A stretch of 64,000 bases of DNA from Coleofasciculus sp. B1-GNL1-01 (GCA_040220235.1 JAVJTO010000051.1); one strand, 5' to 3'; positions 19,441 to 30,633 are shown, counted from the stretch's first letter. Numbers and translations are program-made. The notes: generated by a model from the sequence alone, not told the origin.

Positions 19441-19763
19441 GCCAATATCGACAGATTGTTCAAGACATACTAATGGCACATAGCCAAATCAAACCTGTCT
19501 ATGGCGAAATCGAGATGGATGTTTTGTTCGATCAAGATCGAGATCATTATCAAGTTTTACGCACTGGATGGCTTCAAAAAAAACGTGTATACGGCGCCCT
19601 GATTCATATTGATATTAAAGGAGAGAAACTTTGGATTCAGTATGATGGTACAGAAGTCGGCGTAGCTAATGAACTTATTGAATCCGGTATTCCTAAAACA
19701 GATATTGTCCTAGCCTACCATTCACCTTTCGTTCGCCAGTACGACGGTTTCGCGGTTAGTTAA
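19428..19763 (+). CDS. xisI: XisI family protein
   Basis: DHYQ, IHIDI..KLWIQYDGTEVGVANEL..GIPKTDIVL; overlaps xisH. Confidence 0.9.
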   Translation: MDKVSQYRQIVQDILMAHSQIKPVYGEIEMDVLFDQDRDHYQVLRTGWLQKKRVYGALIHIDIKGEKLWIQYDGTEVGVANELIESGIPKTDIVLAYHSPFVRQYDGFAVS

Positions 19764-19832
19764 ACTGAAGTTCCCCCCAGAACAAAATAACGGAAACATT
19801 GACTGGTCAAGGTTTCAGCGCCTTCCTTTGTC

Positions 19833-20888
19833 CTAATCGCCTGTTGACTGTTGGTACAATTCCATAACCTTGGTAATCGGTAACCGTGACTGCACACCAA
19901 TCGTTAGGGGAGAGGTATGTCCCCGATTCAGATGATCCGCCGCCGCACAACCAATCATGGCAGCATTATCGGTACAATATTTAATCGGTGGAAAAAGAAC
20001 GCGCAAATTGTGAGCTGACGCCGCCGCTTGTAGGTGCTGTCTCAAGCCACTATTTGCCGCAACGCCACCCCCCACAGCAATTGTAGTTAACCCATAATCG
20101 ATCGCACAATTCACCGCCCGTTTGGTGAGCGATCGCGCGACGGTTTCCTGGAATGAAGCCGCAATATCCGGAACGGGTAATTCATCCCCTTCTTGCTCCA
20201 ATTTTTGCACTAACCGTAAGACAGCCGTCTTCAATCCACTAAAACTGGAATCATAAGGATGATATCCGCCACTGGGACGCGATACCCTTCCTTCTGGTAA
20301 CTTAAAGGCGTGAGGATTTCCTTCCTTGGCTAACCGATCAATCGCCGGACCTCCAGGATAACCCAGGTGTAACAATCGCGCTACTTTATCAAAAGCCTCA
20401 CCCGCCGCATCATCACGAGTAGACCCCAGCATTTCATAGACGCCACAATCCTTAACATAAATTAAACTCGTATGACCCCCAGACACCAACAAACACAAAA
20501 ACGGGGGATCGAGTTCGGGTTCAATCAGATAGGTGGCATAAATATGCCCTTCTAAGTGATGCACTCCCAGAAACGGCTTATTATGAACCATAGCCAGCGT
20601 TTTCGCCGCCGTTAACCCCATCAACAGCGAACCCACCAAACCGGGCGCACAAGTCGCCGCGATGCCATCAATCGCCTCCCAACCCAGATTCGCTTCGGTT
20701 AAAGCTTGAGCGATCGCGGTATTGATCATCTCCAGATGCGATCGCGACGCCACTTCCGGCACAATCCCGCCATAAGGCTGATGCACCGGAATCTGAGATG
20801 CCACAACATTACTGCAACAAGTGCGATTCTGCACCACCGCCACGGCGGTTTCGTCACAACTGGTTTCTATGGCTAAAACACAAGCCAT
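19833..20888 (-). CDS. tsaD: tRNA N6-adenosine threonylcarbamoyltransferase
   Basis: [42 protein letters not shown]. Start placed at MACVL rather than the longer ORF-track start. Confidence 0.95.
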   Translation of the reverse strand: MACVLAIETSCDETAVAVVQNRTCCSNVVASQIPVHQPYGGIVPEVASRSHLEMINTAIAQALTEANLGWEAIDGIAATCAPGLVGSLLMGLTAAKTLAMVHNKPFLGVHHLEGHIYATYLIEPELDPPFLCLLVSGGHTSLIYVKDCGVYEMLGSTRDDAAGEAFDKVARLLHLGYPGGPAIDRLAKEGNPHAFKLPEGRVSRPSGGYHPYDSSFSGLKTAVLRLVQKLEQEGDELPVPDIAASFQETVARSLTKRAVNCAIDYGLTTIAVGGGVAANSGLRQHLQAAASAHNLRVLFPPIKYCTDNAAMIGCAAADHLNRGHTSPLTIGVQSRLPITKVMELYQQSTGD

Positions 20889-21319
20889 CCGCCCATCACC
20901 TGAAATACTCAAGTTACATCTTAACTTGTTCAGTAAGATGGTAAAATCCTTTGAAAGGATTCCCGTATAGAAAATAACAGCGAAAACCAAGCTGGCTAGG
21001 GTCGGGAATCTGAACACTTTTGTGTAAACAAAAAGTTTTTCTGCCTTGGAAATCAGGGCAACTGCGCGGGTTCTCCCACTTGTCGGAGATAAAGGTTGGA
21101 TTTCAACCAGAGACGCTGAGTAAGACCAATACATCTTGAGGGTGTGGCGGCATCGGCGAATGAGACGCGAAGCCAACATCATAATCTTTGATTTGATGTT
21201 GGTAGTTCACATAAACTTTACTCGGTTCAACCTCTCAGAGTAATATGGCTGGAGTGTACAAACCGTTTCTGTGTTTCGTACATAAAACTTTTGATTTCGT
21301 AACAAAAGGAAACAATTCT

Positions 21320-21814
21320 ATGCGACGATTGTTGGCTCTACTTTTCGCCGTTACCCTCTGGTTTAGCTTTGTCACCCCAGCCTTGGCTGATTTTGACCAT
21401 CTCACCCCCTGTAGTGAGTCCCCCGCATTTCAGCAACGAGCGCAGAACGCCCGTCCAACCACCGACGACCCCGATTCCGGCAAAAAACGCTTTGAGCGTT
21501 ATTCCGAAGCCCTCTGTGGTGATGACGGACTGCCCCACTTGATTGCGGATGGTCGCTGGAGTCGAGCGGGTGACTTTCTCATTCCTAGCATTCTCTGGCT
21601 GTATATGGCTGGCTGGATTGGCTGGGTTGGTCGCGCCTATTTACAAGCGATTCAAAGCGAAAAGAATCCCGAAGAAAAAGAAATTATCATCGACGTGCCT
21701 TTGGCAATTAATAAAATGCTCTTTGGTTTTATTTGGCCCCTAGCTGCCGTGCAAGAAGCCCTCTCTGGCAAATTATATGCCAAGGCGGATGAGGTTCCCG
21801 TATCCCCTCGCTAA
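21320..21814 (+). CDS. psaF: Photosystem I subunit III
   Basis: [36 protein letters not shown]. Confidence 0.97.
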   Translation: MRRLLALLFAVTLWFSFVTPALADFDHLTPCSESPAFQQRAQNARPTTDDPDSGKKRFERYSEALCGDDGLPHLIADGRWSRAGDFLIPSILWLYMAGWIGWVGRAYLQAIQSEKNPEEKEIIIDVPLAINKMLFGFIWPLAAVQEALSGKLYAKADEVPVSPR

Positions 21815-21871
21815 TCTAGAGATTGGCAAATTAATTGACTTACCTTACCTATTACGTTCAGGAGAAGTGTG

Positions 21872-22000
21872 ATGCAGTATTTTCTCAAGTATCTGTCCTT
21901 AGCCCCGGTGTTAATTGCGGTTTGGCTAACCATTACCGCCGGAATTTTGATTGAGTTTAACCGCTTTTTCCCGGATCTTCTTTTCCATCCGATGCCTTAA
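21872..22000 (+). CDS. psaJ: Photosystem I subunit IX
   Basis: Manually translated: [50 protein letters not shown]; follows psaF. Confidence 0.95.
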   Translation: MQYFLKYLSLAPVLIAVWLTITAGILIEFNRFFPDLLFHPMP

Positions 22001-22167
22001 GCTGAATGGTGGGTAGAGATTGAGGAGAGAATTTGTTGGTATTGTTATTTGGTGACATCCTCCCAACAGAATTGCCACCACAAGCTATCCAAAAATCCGA
22101 CTTATAAGGATTAGTTGTAGCCGGAAAACTCGCTATTGCTTCATCGTAATTTTGAGTTTCCAAAAAA

Positions 22168-22204
22168 TAATCCCGTCCCCCTAATTGGCGAGGACGGGGT
22201 TTTT
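22168..22204. terminator. Putative intrinsic terminator hairpin
   Basis: CCCGTCC...GGACGGG stem with an A-run before and a T-run after, downstream of psaFJ. Confidence 0.45.
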
Positions 22205-22237
22205 GATGAAGGAGTTATCAGTTATCAGTTATCAGGA

Positions 22238-22300
22238 GATGAGGAAGATGAGGAAGATGAGGAAGATGAGGAAGATGAGGAAGATGAGGAAGATGAGGGA
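22238..22300. repeat. 9-bp tandem repeat (GATGAGGAA)x6 plus one imperfect copy
   Basis: Counted directly. Related purine/pyrimidine 9-mers occur near 5252-5283, 8280-8330 and 30694-30742. Confidence 0.9.
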
Positions 22301-22454
22301 AATTGTGTAGGGGCGGGTTTCACAACTATCTTTGCGGTTACACCCAGATGTAACTAAACCCGCCCCGACTTAACGCATGACCAATGACCAATGACCAATG
22401 ACGAAACATCCCAAATCCCAGATATCCTAAAGAAGATTGTAATCGAGAAGAGTT

Positions 22455-24017
22455 ATGGCACGTTTAGCCCTGCTGAGTGTATCGGATAAAACTGGACTGG
22501 TTGAGTTTGCCCGTCAGTTAGTTACAGAATTTGACTTTGCCTTAATGAGTAGTGGAGGAACCGCCAAAGCCCTGCAAGCGGCGGACTTACCCGTAACTAA
22601 AGTATCTGATTATACAGAATTTCCAGAAATTTTAGGGGGTAGAGTGAAAACTCTGCATCCCCGGATTCATGGTGGTATTCTGGGACGGCGTGATGTGGCT
22701 GAAGACTTGGAACAAATGGCAGCCCATCAGATTCTACCCATTGACTTGGTGGTGGTGAATTTATATCCCTTTGAGGAAACGATCGCCAAACCCGATGTAA
22801 CATTAGCCGAGGCGATCGAGAATATTGATATTGGTGGACCTGCCATGTTACGGGCGTCAGCTAAAAACTTTGCCCATCTCACAGTTTTGTGTAAGCCCAG
22901 CCAATATGACACCTATCTCGAACAATTACGCCAGCATGACCATCAACCGTCTCTAGAATTCCGTCAAGCCTGTGCGATAGAAGCATTTTCTCATACGGGT
23001 GATTACGATCGCGCGATCGCCTCCTACCTAGGCAAAACCCAGGAACCCCTCGACGCAGCCCAGGAAGCACCATCCCTTCCCCAGGATTTTGTCCTCTCTG
23101 GAAAGCAACTACAATCCCTACGTTATGGGGAAAATCCTCATCAATCAGCAACTTGGTATCAAACCGGAACCACTCCCACAGGCTGGACAGCTGCAACTAA
23201 AGTACAAGGAAAAGAACTCAGTTACAATAACCTAGTGGATTTAGAAGCCGCACGGCGGATTATTACTGAATTTACTGATTTACCTGCGGCGGCTGTTCTG
23301 AAACATACCAATCCCTGTGGTGTGGCGTTAGGAGGTACGCTATTTGAGGCTTACGAAAAAGCCTTACACGCTGATCCCGTTTCTGCCTTTGGCGGTATTG
23401 TCGCCTTGAATCATCCAATTGACCTATCGACAGCCGGGGCGTTAACCCAAACCTTCTTAGAATGTGTCGTCGCACCAGAATGTGAACCCGACGCCAAAGA
23501 GATTCTGGCGAAAAAATCCAAGTTAAGAGTTTTACTGCTACCTGAGTTGCAAAAAGGTCCCAAGCAAACTGTAAAGGTTATTGCTGGCGGGTTACTGGTG
23601 CAAGCCTCAGATGATGCGGTAGATAGCCCCGACAACTGGCAAGTTGTGACTGAAAAGCAACCGACACCTGATCAATTAGAGGAATTATTATTTGCCTGGA
23701 AGGTGTGTAAACATGTTAAATCTAATGCCATTGTCGTCACAGGCGATCGCGCCACGTTGGGCATTGGTGCGGGTCAAATGAATCGCATTGGTGCGGTGAA
23801 AATTGCCTTGGAACAAGCTGGGGAAAAAGCGAAAGGGAGTATTCTCGCCAGTGATGGATTCTTCCCCTTTGATGACTCAGTACGCACAGCGGCTGATGCT
23901 GGAATAAACGCGATCGTACAACCTGGGGGAAGTTTACGGGATAAGGATTCGATTCAGGCGGCGAATGAATTGGGTTTAGTGATGGTGCTGACAGGTATGC
24001 GTCACTTCTTGCATTAA
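22455..24017 (+). CDS. purH: Bifunctional AICAR transformylase/IMP cyclohydrolase
   Basis: ALLSVSDK, GRVKTLHP, IDIGGP, LRYGENPHQ, ASDGFFPF, MRHFLH. Confidence 0.97.
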   Translation: MARLALLSVSDKTGLVEFARQLVTEFDFALMSSGGTAKALQAADLPVTKVSDYTEFPEILGGRVKTLHPRIHGGILGRRDVAEDLEQMAAHQILPIDLVVVNLYPFEETIAKPDVTLAEAIENIDIGGPAMLRASAKNFAHLTVLCKPSQYDTYLEQLRQHDHQPSLEFRQACAIEAFSHTGDYDRAIASYLGKTQEPLDAAQEAPSLPQDFVLSGKQLQSLRYGENPHQSATWYQTGTTPTGWTAATKVQGKELSYNNLVDLEAARRIITEFTDLPAAAVLKHTNPCGVALGGTLFEAYEKALHADPVSAFGGIVALNHPIDLSTAGALTQTFLECVVAPECEPDAKEILAKKSKLRVLLLPELQKGPKQTVKVIAGGLLVQASDDAVDSPDNWQVVTEKQPTPDQLEELLFAWKVCKHVKSNAIVVTGDRATLGIGAGQMNRIGAVKIALEQAGEKAKGSILASDGFFPFDDSVRTAADAGINAIVQPGGSLRDKDSIQAANELGLVMVLTGMRHFLH

Positions 24018-24118
24018 TGTGCAAGCAGGGGGTCAGGTATTTGTAGGGGCAGGTTTTACAGCAAACGGATATCACCAGCTATTTACGTGTTTAAACCCGC
24101 CCCTTCTAGAGAAGTCGT

Positions 24119-24742
24119 TCAACGAAGTAAATCAGCATCCCCAGGTTGAGGTAATCGGGGCTTAGAAGGGCGAGTTGGAGTAGAAGGCGGCGACGGCTGC
24201 TGGCTGGGTGCTGAAATTTGGGTATCGGGGCGATTGGGATTATAAATGCTAACCAAAACCTCAATCAAATCCTCTCGCTGCTGGCGCGTCAGCTTTTCTA
24301 TCGCCGCGCGATCGCCTGCCATCGGATTTTCCGTTAACGTGTTACTACCAGGATACTCAGATTCATTGATATACTCATTCGCCCCCAGATAATCCGCCAG
24401 TGTCAGCTTCCAATCAAACCGATAATTAGGAAGACGTCTTTTCTCATACAGGTGATAACGAATCAGGCGACTTGCCAATGTACTCTCTAAATTGACTTCG
24501 CCTGTTTCATTGGTGACATACTGGTTTTCTTTGGGAAAATCGGGCAACTGTTCATAAACTTGACGCCAAGTATCCTGCGATCGTATTAATTGGGCGCTAG
24601 CGGGTTGGGAACCCATAATTGACAAAACGGGGATAGTCCTAACCCCCGCTTTGCCCCAGCACAAGCCGATACTCGTCAGAATGGCAAGGGTGAACAGCAC
24701 AACTAAGCGCGTCGCCTTACCCTTCCGTTTCAGTTGGATCAT
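24119..24742 (-). CDS. Hypothetical exported protein
   Basis: Hydrophobic N-terminus, RFDWKLTLADYLG, ends PQPGDADLL. Confidence 0.7.
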   Translation of the reverse strand: MIQLKRKGKATRLVVLFTLAILTSIGLCWGKAGVRTIPVLSIMGSQPASAQLIRSQDTWRQVYEQLPDFPKENQYVTNETGEVNLESTLASRLIRYHLYEKRRLPNYRFDWKLTLADYLGANEYINESEYPGSNTLTENPMAGDRAAIEKLTRQQREDLIEVLVSIYNPNRPDTQISAPSQQPSPPSTPTRPSKPRLPQPGDADLLR

Positions 24743-24922
24743 AGTGAATAGGATGATATAGCTGTCGCCATAAAGATTACCCCCTCTCTGGTAGAAGATT
24801 ACCTATTTTCCTCTTCCCCATCTTCCAGACGTAGCATGCTACGTCTCTACATGCTCCAAGAGCTTAATCGTATCTACGAAGCTGCTCAAGTATTTCCAAG
24901 GGCGCTGCACTAGCGCCCACCT

Positions 24923-25153
24923 TTAGTCCCCAATAATTTCCGGTTGTGTCAATTCATCAGACATCTCAATGATTGCCCGCAGTACTGGCTTCATCATTGG
25001 ATCATCCAGATTTTCAAAATCTTCGTAGCGACGGCGCTTTGCCCGATTTGCCACTTGCACCGTAATCCGATAGCGGTTAGAAGCAGCGGTGACTAGCTCC
25101 TCAGCCCGGTGCATAATTTGACTCGAATCAAACTGGTAACGCCGATGCAGCAT
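24923..25153 (-). CDS. rpoZ: RNA polymerase omega subunit (cyanobacterial type)
   Basis: [31 protein letters not shown]. Confidence 0.9.
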   Translation of the reverse strand: MLHRRYQFDSSQIMHRAEELVTAASNRYRITVQVANRAKRRRYEDFENLDDPMMKPVLRAIIEMSDELTQPEIIGD

Positions 25154-25295
25154 AGATTTTTAGTTCCTACAGTAGCAAGTTATCAGTCTAGCATTTTTGA
25201 CCAATGACTCCCTGTGTTAGCGCCGTGGAGCGAAGCTCTGAAATAAAGCGAAGCTCTGAAATAACTCCCCTCTCTTCAGACCGGAAAGTCAGAGC

Positions 25296-25427
25296 TTAGT
25301 CCTCATGGTCTTCAAATGGATCACTCAATTCAGCCGAAGGCGGACCAAACGCTGTGTAGATGGAAAAGCCAGTGACGGCGATTAGAATCACAGCGACTGA
25401 AATGCTAAGAACTATTGCAGGTTCCAT
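25296..25427 (-). CDS. psbN: PSII assembly factor PsbN
   Basis: Manually translated: MEPAIVLSISVAVILIAVTGFSIYTAFGPPSAELSDPFEDHED. Divergent from psbH. Confidence 0.95.
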   Translation of the reverse strand: MEPAIVLSISVAVILIAVTGFSIYTAFGPPSAELSDPFEDHED

Positions 25428-25512
25428 TGTGGATATCATATAAATGAGTCTTCTTCCTCTATAATATTACAGAACATTACAAAACGTGATCGAAATTAAT
25501 CATAGGTGACCC

Positions 25513-25716
25513 ATGGCACAACAGACGCGGTTAGGAGATATTCTCAAACCCCTGAACTCTGAATATGGTAAAGTAGCTCCCGGTTGGGGAACAACGCCTT
25601 TAATGGCAGTGTTCATGCTCTTATTCTTCGTTTTCTTGCTAATTATCTTGCAGCTATACAACTCCTCGCTGTTGCTGGAGAACATCAATGTGGATTGGAG
25701 AAGCCTAGGTCAATAG
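25513..25716 (+). CDS. psbH: Photosystem II PsbH
   Basis: [19 protein letters not shown]. Confidence 0.97.
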   Translation: MAQQTRLGDILKPLNSEYGKVAPGWGTTPLMAVFMLLFFVFLLIILQLYNSSLLLENINVDWRSLGQ

Positions 25717-25907
25717 GTCTCTAGGTTTTGAGCGTTCATGGTTCATCGTTCATGGTTCATAGCCATAAACTTTTCTCTAATCAGGCATGAACCATGAATA
25801 CCCTCTCCCTGTCTGCTTGTCAGTGGGGAGACAATTATCAATGAAAATTAAACTTTAGCATTTGATATACAATAGAAACCGCTATTGGTATATCAGGAGG
25901 TTATGAA

Positions 25908-26195
25908 ATGAACGTTTTTGGTATTGGTTTACCGGAAATGGCGCTGATTTTAATCGTGGCGCTATTAGTATTTGGACCGAAAAAGTTACCAGAGATTGGT
26001 CAGAGTCTAGGGAAAGCCATTCGCGGTTTTCAAGATGCCTCGAGAGAATTTGAAACGGAATTTAAGCGTGAGGCTCAACAGTTAGAACAAGCGGCGAAAA
26101 CACCTGCACTGTCTGAAACTCAGCAGCCAGCTACTTCTGAAGGTGATTCAACAGATAGCAATAATCATGCCGCTACTCCGTCTCAAGCTAGCTAA
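25908..26195 (+). CDS. tatA: Twin-arginine translocase TatA/E subunit
   Basis: GIGLPE..LLVFGPKKLPEIG.SLGKAIRGF. Confidence 0.9.
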   Translation: MNVFGIGLPEMALILIVALLVFGPKKLPEIGQSLGKAIRGFQDASREFETEFKREAQQLEQAAKTPALSETQQPATSEGDSTDSNNHAATPSQAS

Positions 26196-26509
26196 AAACA
26201 TAGTTTTTAGCGAACGTGAAGACAAAGAATTGGTAGATACTAACTGATTTTTCCCTAGCTGTTCTCATTTCTCAGTGCTTAAAATTCCACAAAACGCCAG
26301 GATATTGATGTCCTGACGGTGGCACTCACTATAAATGAAAAAGTAACCAACATCAGATTGGTAAGGGAGGACTCAAAATTCTATCGGTCTGGGAATCCGG
26401 GCGGCTGCTGATAGACAAGATGTATGACTTAATCGTAGGCAGTCTATAATTAAGTAATTCGTGATGAACTAAAAAGCTGACACCATGACATAAGCTTGGT
26501 GTCAGTTGT

Positions 26510-27238
26510 TCATAAAGACCGTTGCCCATTATGTTGCTCAGTGTTGGGTGCTTCAAACTTGTAGCCAACCCCCCGAATCGTTTGGATTAATTTCGGGTCA
26601 CTTGCATCGATTTCGATCTTTTTGCGAATTTGCCCAATATGAACGTCAACAACTCGTTGGTCTCCAACATAGTCGTATTCCCAAACTTCCTGAATCAATT
26701 CAGAACGGCGCAGGACTTGACCTGGGTGAGATGCTAAGAAATGTAACAAATCGAACTCTAGAGCGGTCAAAGGGACAAGTTGGTCGTGAAGGGTCACCTC
26801 CCGACGGGTGGGATCAATCGTCAAGTGATTGTAAACGAGACGTTGCTGGTCAGTCGGCGTAATTTCCCGCTTACGTCTCAAAATCGCCCCAACTCGGTTT
26901 TCGAGTTCCATTAAATCGAAGGGCTTGGTGAGATAATCATCACCACCCTGTTTGAACCCTTGATTTTTGTCATCGGGTTGATCGCGAGACGTGAGGAAGA
27001 GGACAAAAACATCATTCATGCTTTGCATTTCCCGGCAAAGGTTGTAGCCAAGGGCATCTGGCAAATTCACATCCAGAATTACTAAGTCTGGGTTGAATTG
27101 CTTAAATGTGGCTAGAGCCGTCTTACCATCCTGCGCCGACTCCATTTGATAGTTCTTTGTGCTCAAAAAGCGAATTATTAAATTGCGGATTGCCGGATCG
27201 TCGTCCACGACAAGAATTTTGGCGGAGACCATGGTCAT
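26510..27238 (-). CDS. OmpR-family response regulator
   Basis: ILVVDDD, LVILDVNLP, DDYLTKPF, LTALEFDLL, VDVHIGQIRKK, IQTIRGVGY. Start at 27238 or 27232. Confidence 0.92.
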   Translation of the reverse strand: MTMVSAKILVVDDDPAIRNLIIRFLSTKNYQMESAQDGKTALATFKQFNPDLVILDVNLPDALGYNLCREMQSMNDVFVLFLTSRDQPDDKNQGFKQGGDDYLTKPFDLMELENRVGAILRRKREITPTDQQRLVYNHLTIDPTRREVTLHDQLVPLTALEFDLLHFLASHPGQVLRRSELIQEVWEYDYVGDQRVVDVHIGQIRKKIEIDASDPKLIQTIRGVGYKFEAPNTEQHNGQRSL

Positions 27239-27722
27239 AAATTTCCACGGAGAACTAATTTCAGGGATTGATACAAGATGCACACCTATTCACCACTAGG
27301 ATGTATTGAGCATTTTAGTCAATACTCTTATAGCGTAGCTGGATCAGGAATCAGGGTATAGATTTTTGTGACATCAATGGCGTAATCAGCATTTAAATCA
27401 ATTATCGCCAGAGAACTCAGGGATGCCAATAGCGTCTGGCATCATTACCCAAGTGGGAAAATAGGGCAGCCGCCCAATAGCATAACCGCTTTTGGCAGAT
27501 CTGGCATCACTTGGGCTTGCCTCAACGAATTTTTCTGCCAAGAGGACTTGTTTGCAAAGAACAGGCTACACTAGCTTGCAAGGGAGTTAACATGGCACTC
27601 GGTACGTAACTAGGCTGTTACCTGTTGGGTACAGCAGGGTTTAGAAGATCGATGTCTATCATAATAACCAGTGTAGAGTCTTACATATACCAGTGAAAAA
27701 AGGGATGTCTAGGAGGTTTTGA

Positions 27723-28349
27723 ATGAGCGATCAAAATCCCTACAAAAAACTTGGGGTTACAGAAGACGCTTCCTTCGATGAAATTCAGGATGCTAAAGGA
27801 CGCTTGATGCAGCAGCATCGCGGCGAACCTAAGCTTGTCGAGTCAGTAGAGGCGGCTTATGATGCGATTATTATGGATCGTCTCAGAATGCGCCAAGAAG
27901 GAAAAATCAAGGTTCCAGAACGCATTCGTTTTCCAGAACGGGAAAAAGTGCCACAAACCCCGTTGGGTTTTAGCTCCCCCTCAGCCAATTCCTCTCCGGC
28001 TTGGTTGCAAGGACTGTTGGATACCCCGACGAGAAGTGATCTAGTTGCACCCACGGTGGTGTTCTTGGTCTTGATTGGTCTGACTCTGTTTTATCCAGAA
28101 GCGTCAATTCTTACCTTTACTGTCGCCTTGGGGTTTGGCGGTACGATTTATTTCCTCAATCGCAAAGAACAACAATTTGGTCGGGCTGTATTGCTGACCC
28201 TCGTTGGTTTGCTGCTAGGTGTAGCGTTGGGAACCGTTCTGGGAGGAGCATTAGAGTCACTGCTTATCGACATGGGTTTGACCGTTGAGAAATTTGCCTC
28301 ATTGGTCACCTTTGTCCTGTTCTGGCTGATTAGCAGCTTCCTGCGATGA
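27723..28349 (+). CDS. CPP1-like (DUF3353) J-like membrane protein
   Basis: NPYKKLGV.EDASFDEIQ, EAAYDAIIMDRL, C-terminal TM helices. Confidence 0.85.
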   Translation: MSDQNPYKKLGVTEDASFDEIQDAKGRLMQQHRGEPKLVESVEAAYDAIIMDRLRMRQEGKIKVPERIRFPEREKVPQTPLGFSSPSANSSPAWLQGLLDTPTRSDLVAPTVVFLVLIGLTLFYPEASILTFTVALGFGGTIYFLNRKEQQFGRAVLLTLVGLLLGVALGTVLGGALESLLIDMGLTVEKFASLVTFVLFWLISSFLR

Positions 28350-28570
28350 AAGGGGGGAAGAGGAGAAGACAAGAGGGTAAATTCCATCGGGATAAATCTC
28401 TGCCCATCCTTCACTTCTCCTTCACTTCTCCTTTACTTCTTCACTTCGGAAAGAGGACATGGTTCGAGGACATAATTTTGGGTAACAATGGGTAGAGATG
28501 TTCAGCTTTGTTTCCTGTAGCTACCTACCCTCTCTGTTCCCTGTTCCCTCTTTTCCCTAAAAAATACGGA

Positions 28571-29749
28571 TCAACTCTTTTCCATCGGCAAACAACCGCG
28601 TTTCATCTGCTCCCGCTCGATCGCCTCAAACAAAGCCTGGAAATTCCCCTCACCAAAGCCTTTGGCTCCCCATCGCCGTTCGATGAACTCAAAAAAGAAG
28701 GTGGGTTCGGCGAAAATGGGTTGGGTAAAGGTTTGTAGCAGCAACGCTTGCGGGTATTGAGCTTGCCAATCCACCAAAATTTGCTGCTGCGCGATCGCAT
28801 CCCACGCCGCCGTCGAGAAATTATAACCCGGATAGCGATCACGCAGTTGACTGTAATAACTAGGGGGAACGTTGATGAAGGACATACCCTGACGACGCAG
28901 CTGCGCGATCGCACCCACAATATTTCTCGTGGCTAAAGCAATATGCTGGATTCCGGCTCCTCCATTCACATCCAGAAATTCCTGAATTTGAGAATTCGCC
29001 GATGTCGGTTCATTAATGGGCAATTGTGTCCCGGTTACCGGATGCACCATCACCTGAGAGCATAAGCCAGATTTCTCAGTCTGGATGGTAAACACCTGCT
29101 GCGGTTGGAAGTCCAACACCTGCTGATACCACTGAACCGCTTTCGCTAAATCCCCAGCCGCCACATTTAGGACAATGTGATCGATATGGGTAAACGCTTC
29201 AGTTTCAGTTGGGGATTGGGGAAGTGTTGAATGTAGAGACGCGCCATGGCGCGTCTGAGGGTTGAATGTTGACTTGTCCTTTTGACTTACTCCGTTTGAC
29301 CCCACCTTCGTCTCACTCAGCCAGTCTACCTGTACCGGAAAGCAGAGGATGGGATGAAAGCTATGGCGTTCGACCAAAGTATGAGTCATATCGCCCCATG
29401 CAGCGACTTTAGCCCACTTTATGTATCCAGACTCATCAACTTGGGTTTGAAGCGGTTGTAAGACCTTCGCGCCGCGTTGGAGAAGTTTTTCCAGGCTCCA
29501 TTCCAGATCGGCAACCTTGAATGCAATATCAGCAACACCTGGAGGATGCTGGCGCAGAAACTGGGCAACGGGACTATTAGGCGCGATCGCAGACGACAGG
29601 ACAAAATAAATAGCACCACTCTTGACCACCGTAGTGTGTGTGTGACAACTTGCCCCCGATGCCACAGATTGAAAGCCCATTTTCTCAACAAACCAATCGT
29701 GGGAGGCTAGCGCATCTTTAACGTAAAAGTGAATGTGATCGATTCTCAT
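28571..29749 (-). CDS. hppD: 4-hydroxyphenylpyruvate dioxygenase
   Basis: IDHIVLNV, PINEP, SQIQEFL, GIQHIAL, FFFEFIERR, GFGEGNF. Confidence 0.95.
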   Translation of the reverse strand: MRIDHIHFYVKDALASHDWFVEKMGFQSVASGASCHTHTTVVKSGAIYFVLSSAIAPNSPVAQFLRQHPPGVADIAFKVADLEWSLEKLLQRGAKVLQPLQTQVDESGYIKWAKVAAWGDMTHTLVERHSFHPILCFPVQVDWLSETKVGSNGVSQKDKSTFNPQTRHGASLHSTLPQSPTETEAFTHIDHIVLNVAAGDLAKAVQWYQQVLDFQPQQVFTIQTEKSGLCSQVMVHPVTGTQLPINEPTSANSQIQEFLDVNGGAGIQHIALATRNIVGAIAQLRRQGMSFINVPPSYYSQLRDRYPGYNFSTAAWDAIAQQQILVDWQAQYPQALLLQTFTQPIFAEPTFFFEFIERRWGAKGFGEGNFQALFEAIEREQMKRGCLPMEKS

Positions 29750-29893
29750 GGCTTATCCCATCCGGCAGCTTACTTGGTTGTCAATTTTGCCGTCTTTTGC
29801 GGAATTTCAGCTCATTCTTAAGGGAGAGTCATTTGTCATACTCGCTATCGCGAGAAGCAAGCTACGTCATTTGTCATTCGTCATAATTGGTGA

Positions 29894-30610
29894 TTAGAAA
29901 AAGAGATGGCTTTCCGGCTGGATGTTAATTTCCATCGGTACGGCTTGGGGATCAGTTCTCAGGGCAAACAGAATGGCATTCGCTGCTGTTTGCGGAGTCA
30001 GCATCTTTTTGCGATCCACTTTTAAGCTGACATTATCCCAGAAGGGTGAATCTACACCGCCAAAGTAAAAGAGTGTAAACTTAATCCCAAAGCGCTTTAA
30101 TTCATCTGCCATACATTTGCTAAATCCGACAACGCCGAACTTCGAGGCGCAGTAAGCTGACGCCATCGCCATGGAATGTTTGCCTAAAATGCCGATGATG
30201 TTACAAATGTGACCGGATTTTTGAGCCTTCATCACTTCAGCGGCGGCTTGACAGGTATAGAAGCTACCTTTGAGATTTAAGTCCAGCATCGCGTCTAAGT
30301 CAGCCGATGTAATTTTGTTGTACTGTTTAAGAACTCCTGCTCCGGCTACATTGATGAGTACGTCAATTTGACCAAACTTGTCAACCGCCTTCTGCATCAG
30401 CGTTTCCACTTGGGCTGGATCGGTGATATCCGTGGGTACATTTAAGACTTGCTCTAGGTTAGCCATGGGGAGTTGGGACGTCAAAGTGGCTAGGCGATCG
30501 CTCTGTCTGGCGGCGAGGACTAAATTGGCTCCCTCTTGGGCTAATTGGTGGGTGACGGCTGATCCAATACCTCCGGTGGCACCGACGACCACAATCACTC
30601 TATCTGGCAT
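29894..30610 (-). CDS. Short-chain dehydrogenase/reductase
   Basis: GATGGIG, NVAGAG, YCASK. Confidence 0.9.
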   Translation of the reverse strand: MPDRVIVVVGATGGIGSAVTHQLAQEGANLVLAARQSDRLATLTSQLPMANLEQVLNVPTDITDPAQVETLMQKAVDKFGQIDVLINVAGAGVLKQYNKITSADLDAMLDLNLKGSFYTCQAAAEVMKAQKSGHICNIIGILGKHSMAMASAYCASKFGVVGFSKCMADELKRFGIKFTLFYFGGVDSPFWDNVSLKVDRKKMLTPQTAANAILFALRTDPQAVPMEINIQPESHLFF

Positions 30611-30615
30611 ATAAT

Positions 30616-30633
30616 TTTACATTTCTTTACATC
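30616..30633 (+). promoter_or_regulatory. HLR1-like (RpaB-binding) direct repeat
   Basis: TTTACATT-TC-TTTACATC fits (G/T)TTACA(T/A)(T/A)-N2 repeated, with one mismatch; lies between the SDR gene and crtI. Confidence 0.45.

Noticed and set aside
20889..21182. 98-aa N-terminal extension of TsaD in the ORF track
   Set aside because: Family similarity starts at [12 protein letters not shown]; the extension covers the divergent psaF promoter region.
21957..22163. Minus-strand ORF with a TPR-like phrase (NYDEAIASF)
   Set aside because: It overlaps psaJ, has a non-ATG start, and is at most a decayed fragment.
22136..22357. Acidic DEE-repeat ORF
   Set aside because: It is a translation of the 9-bp tandem repeat and REP sequence.
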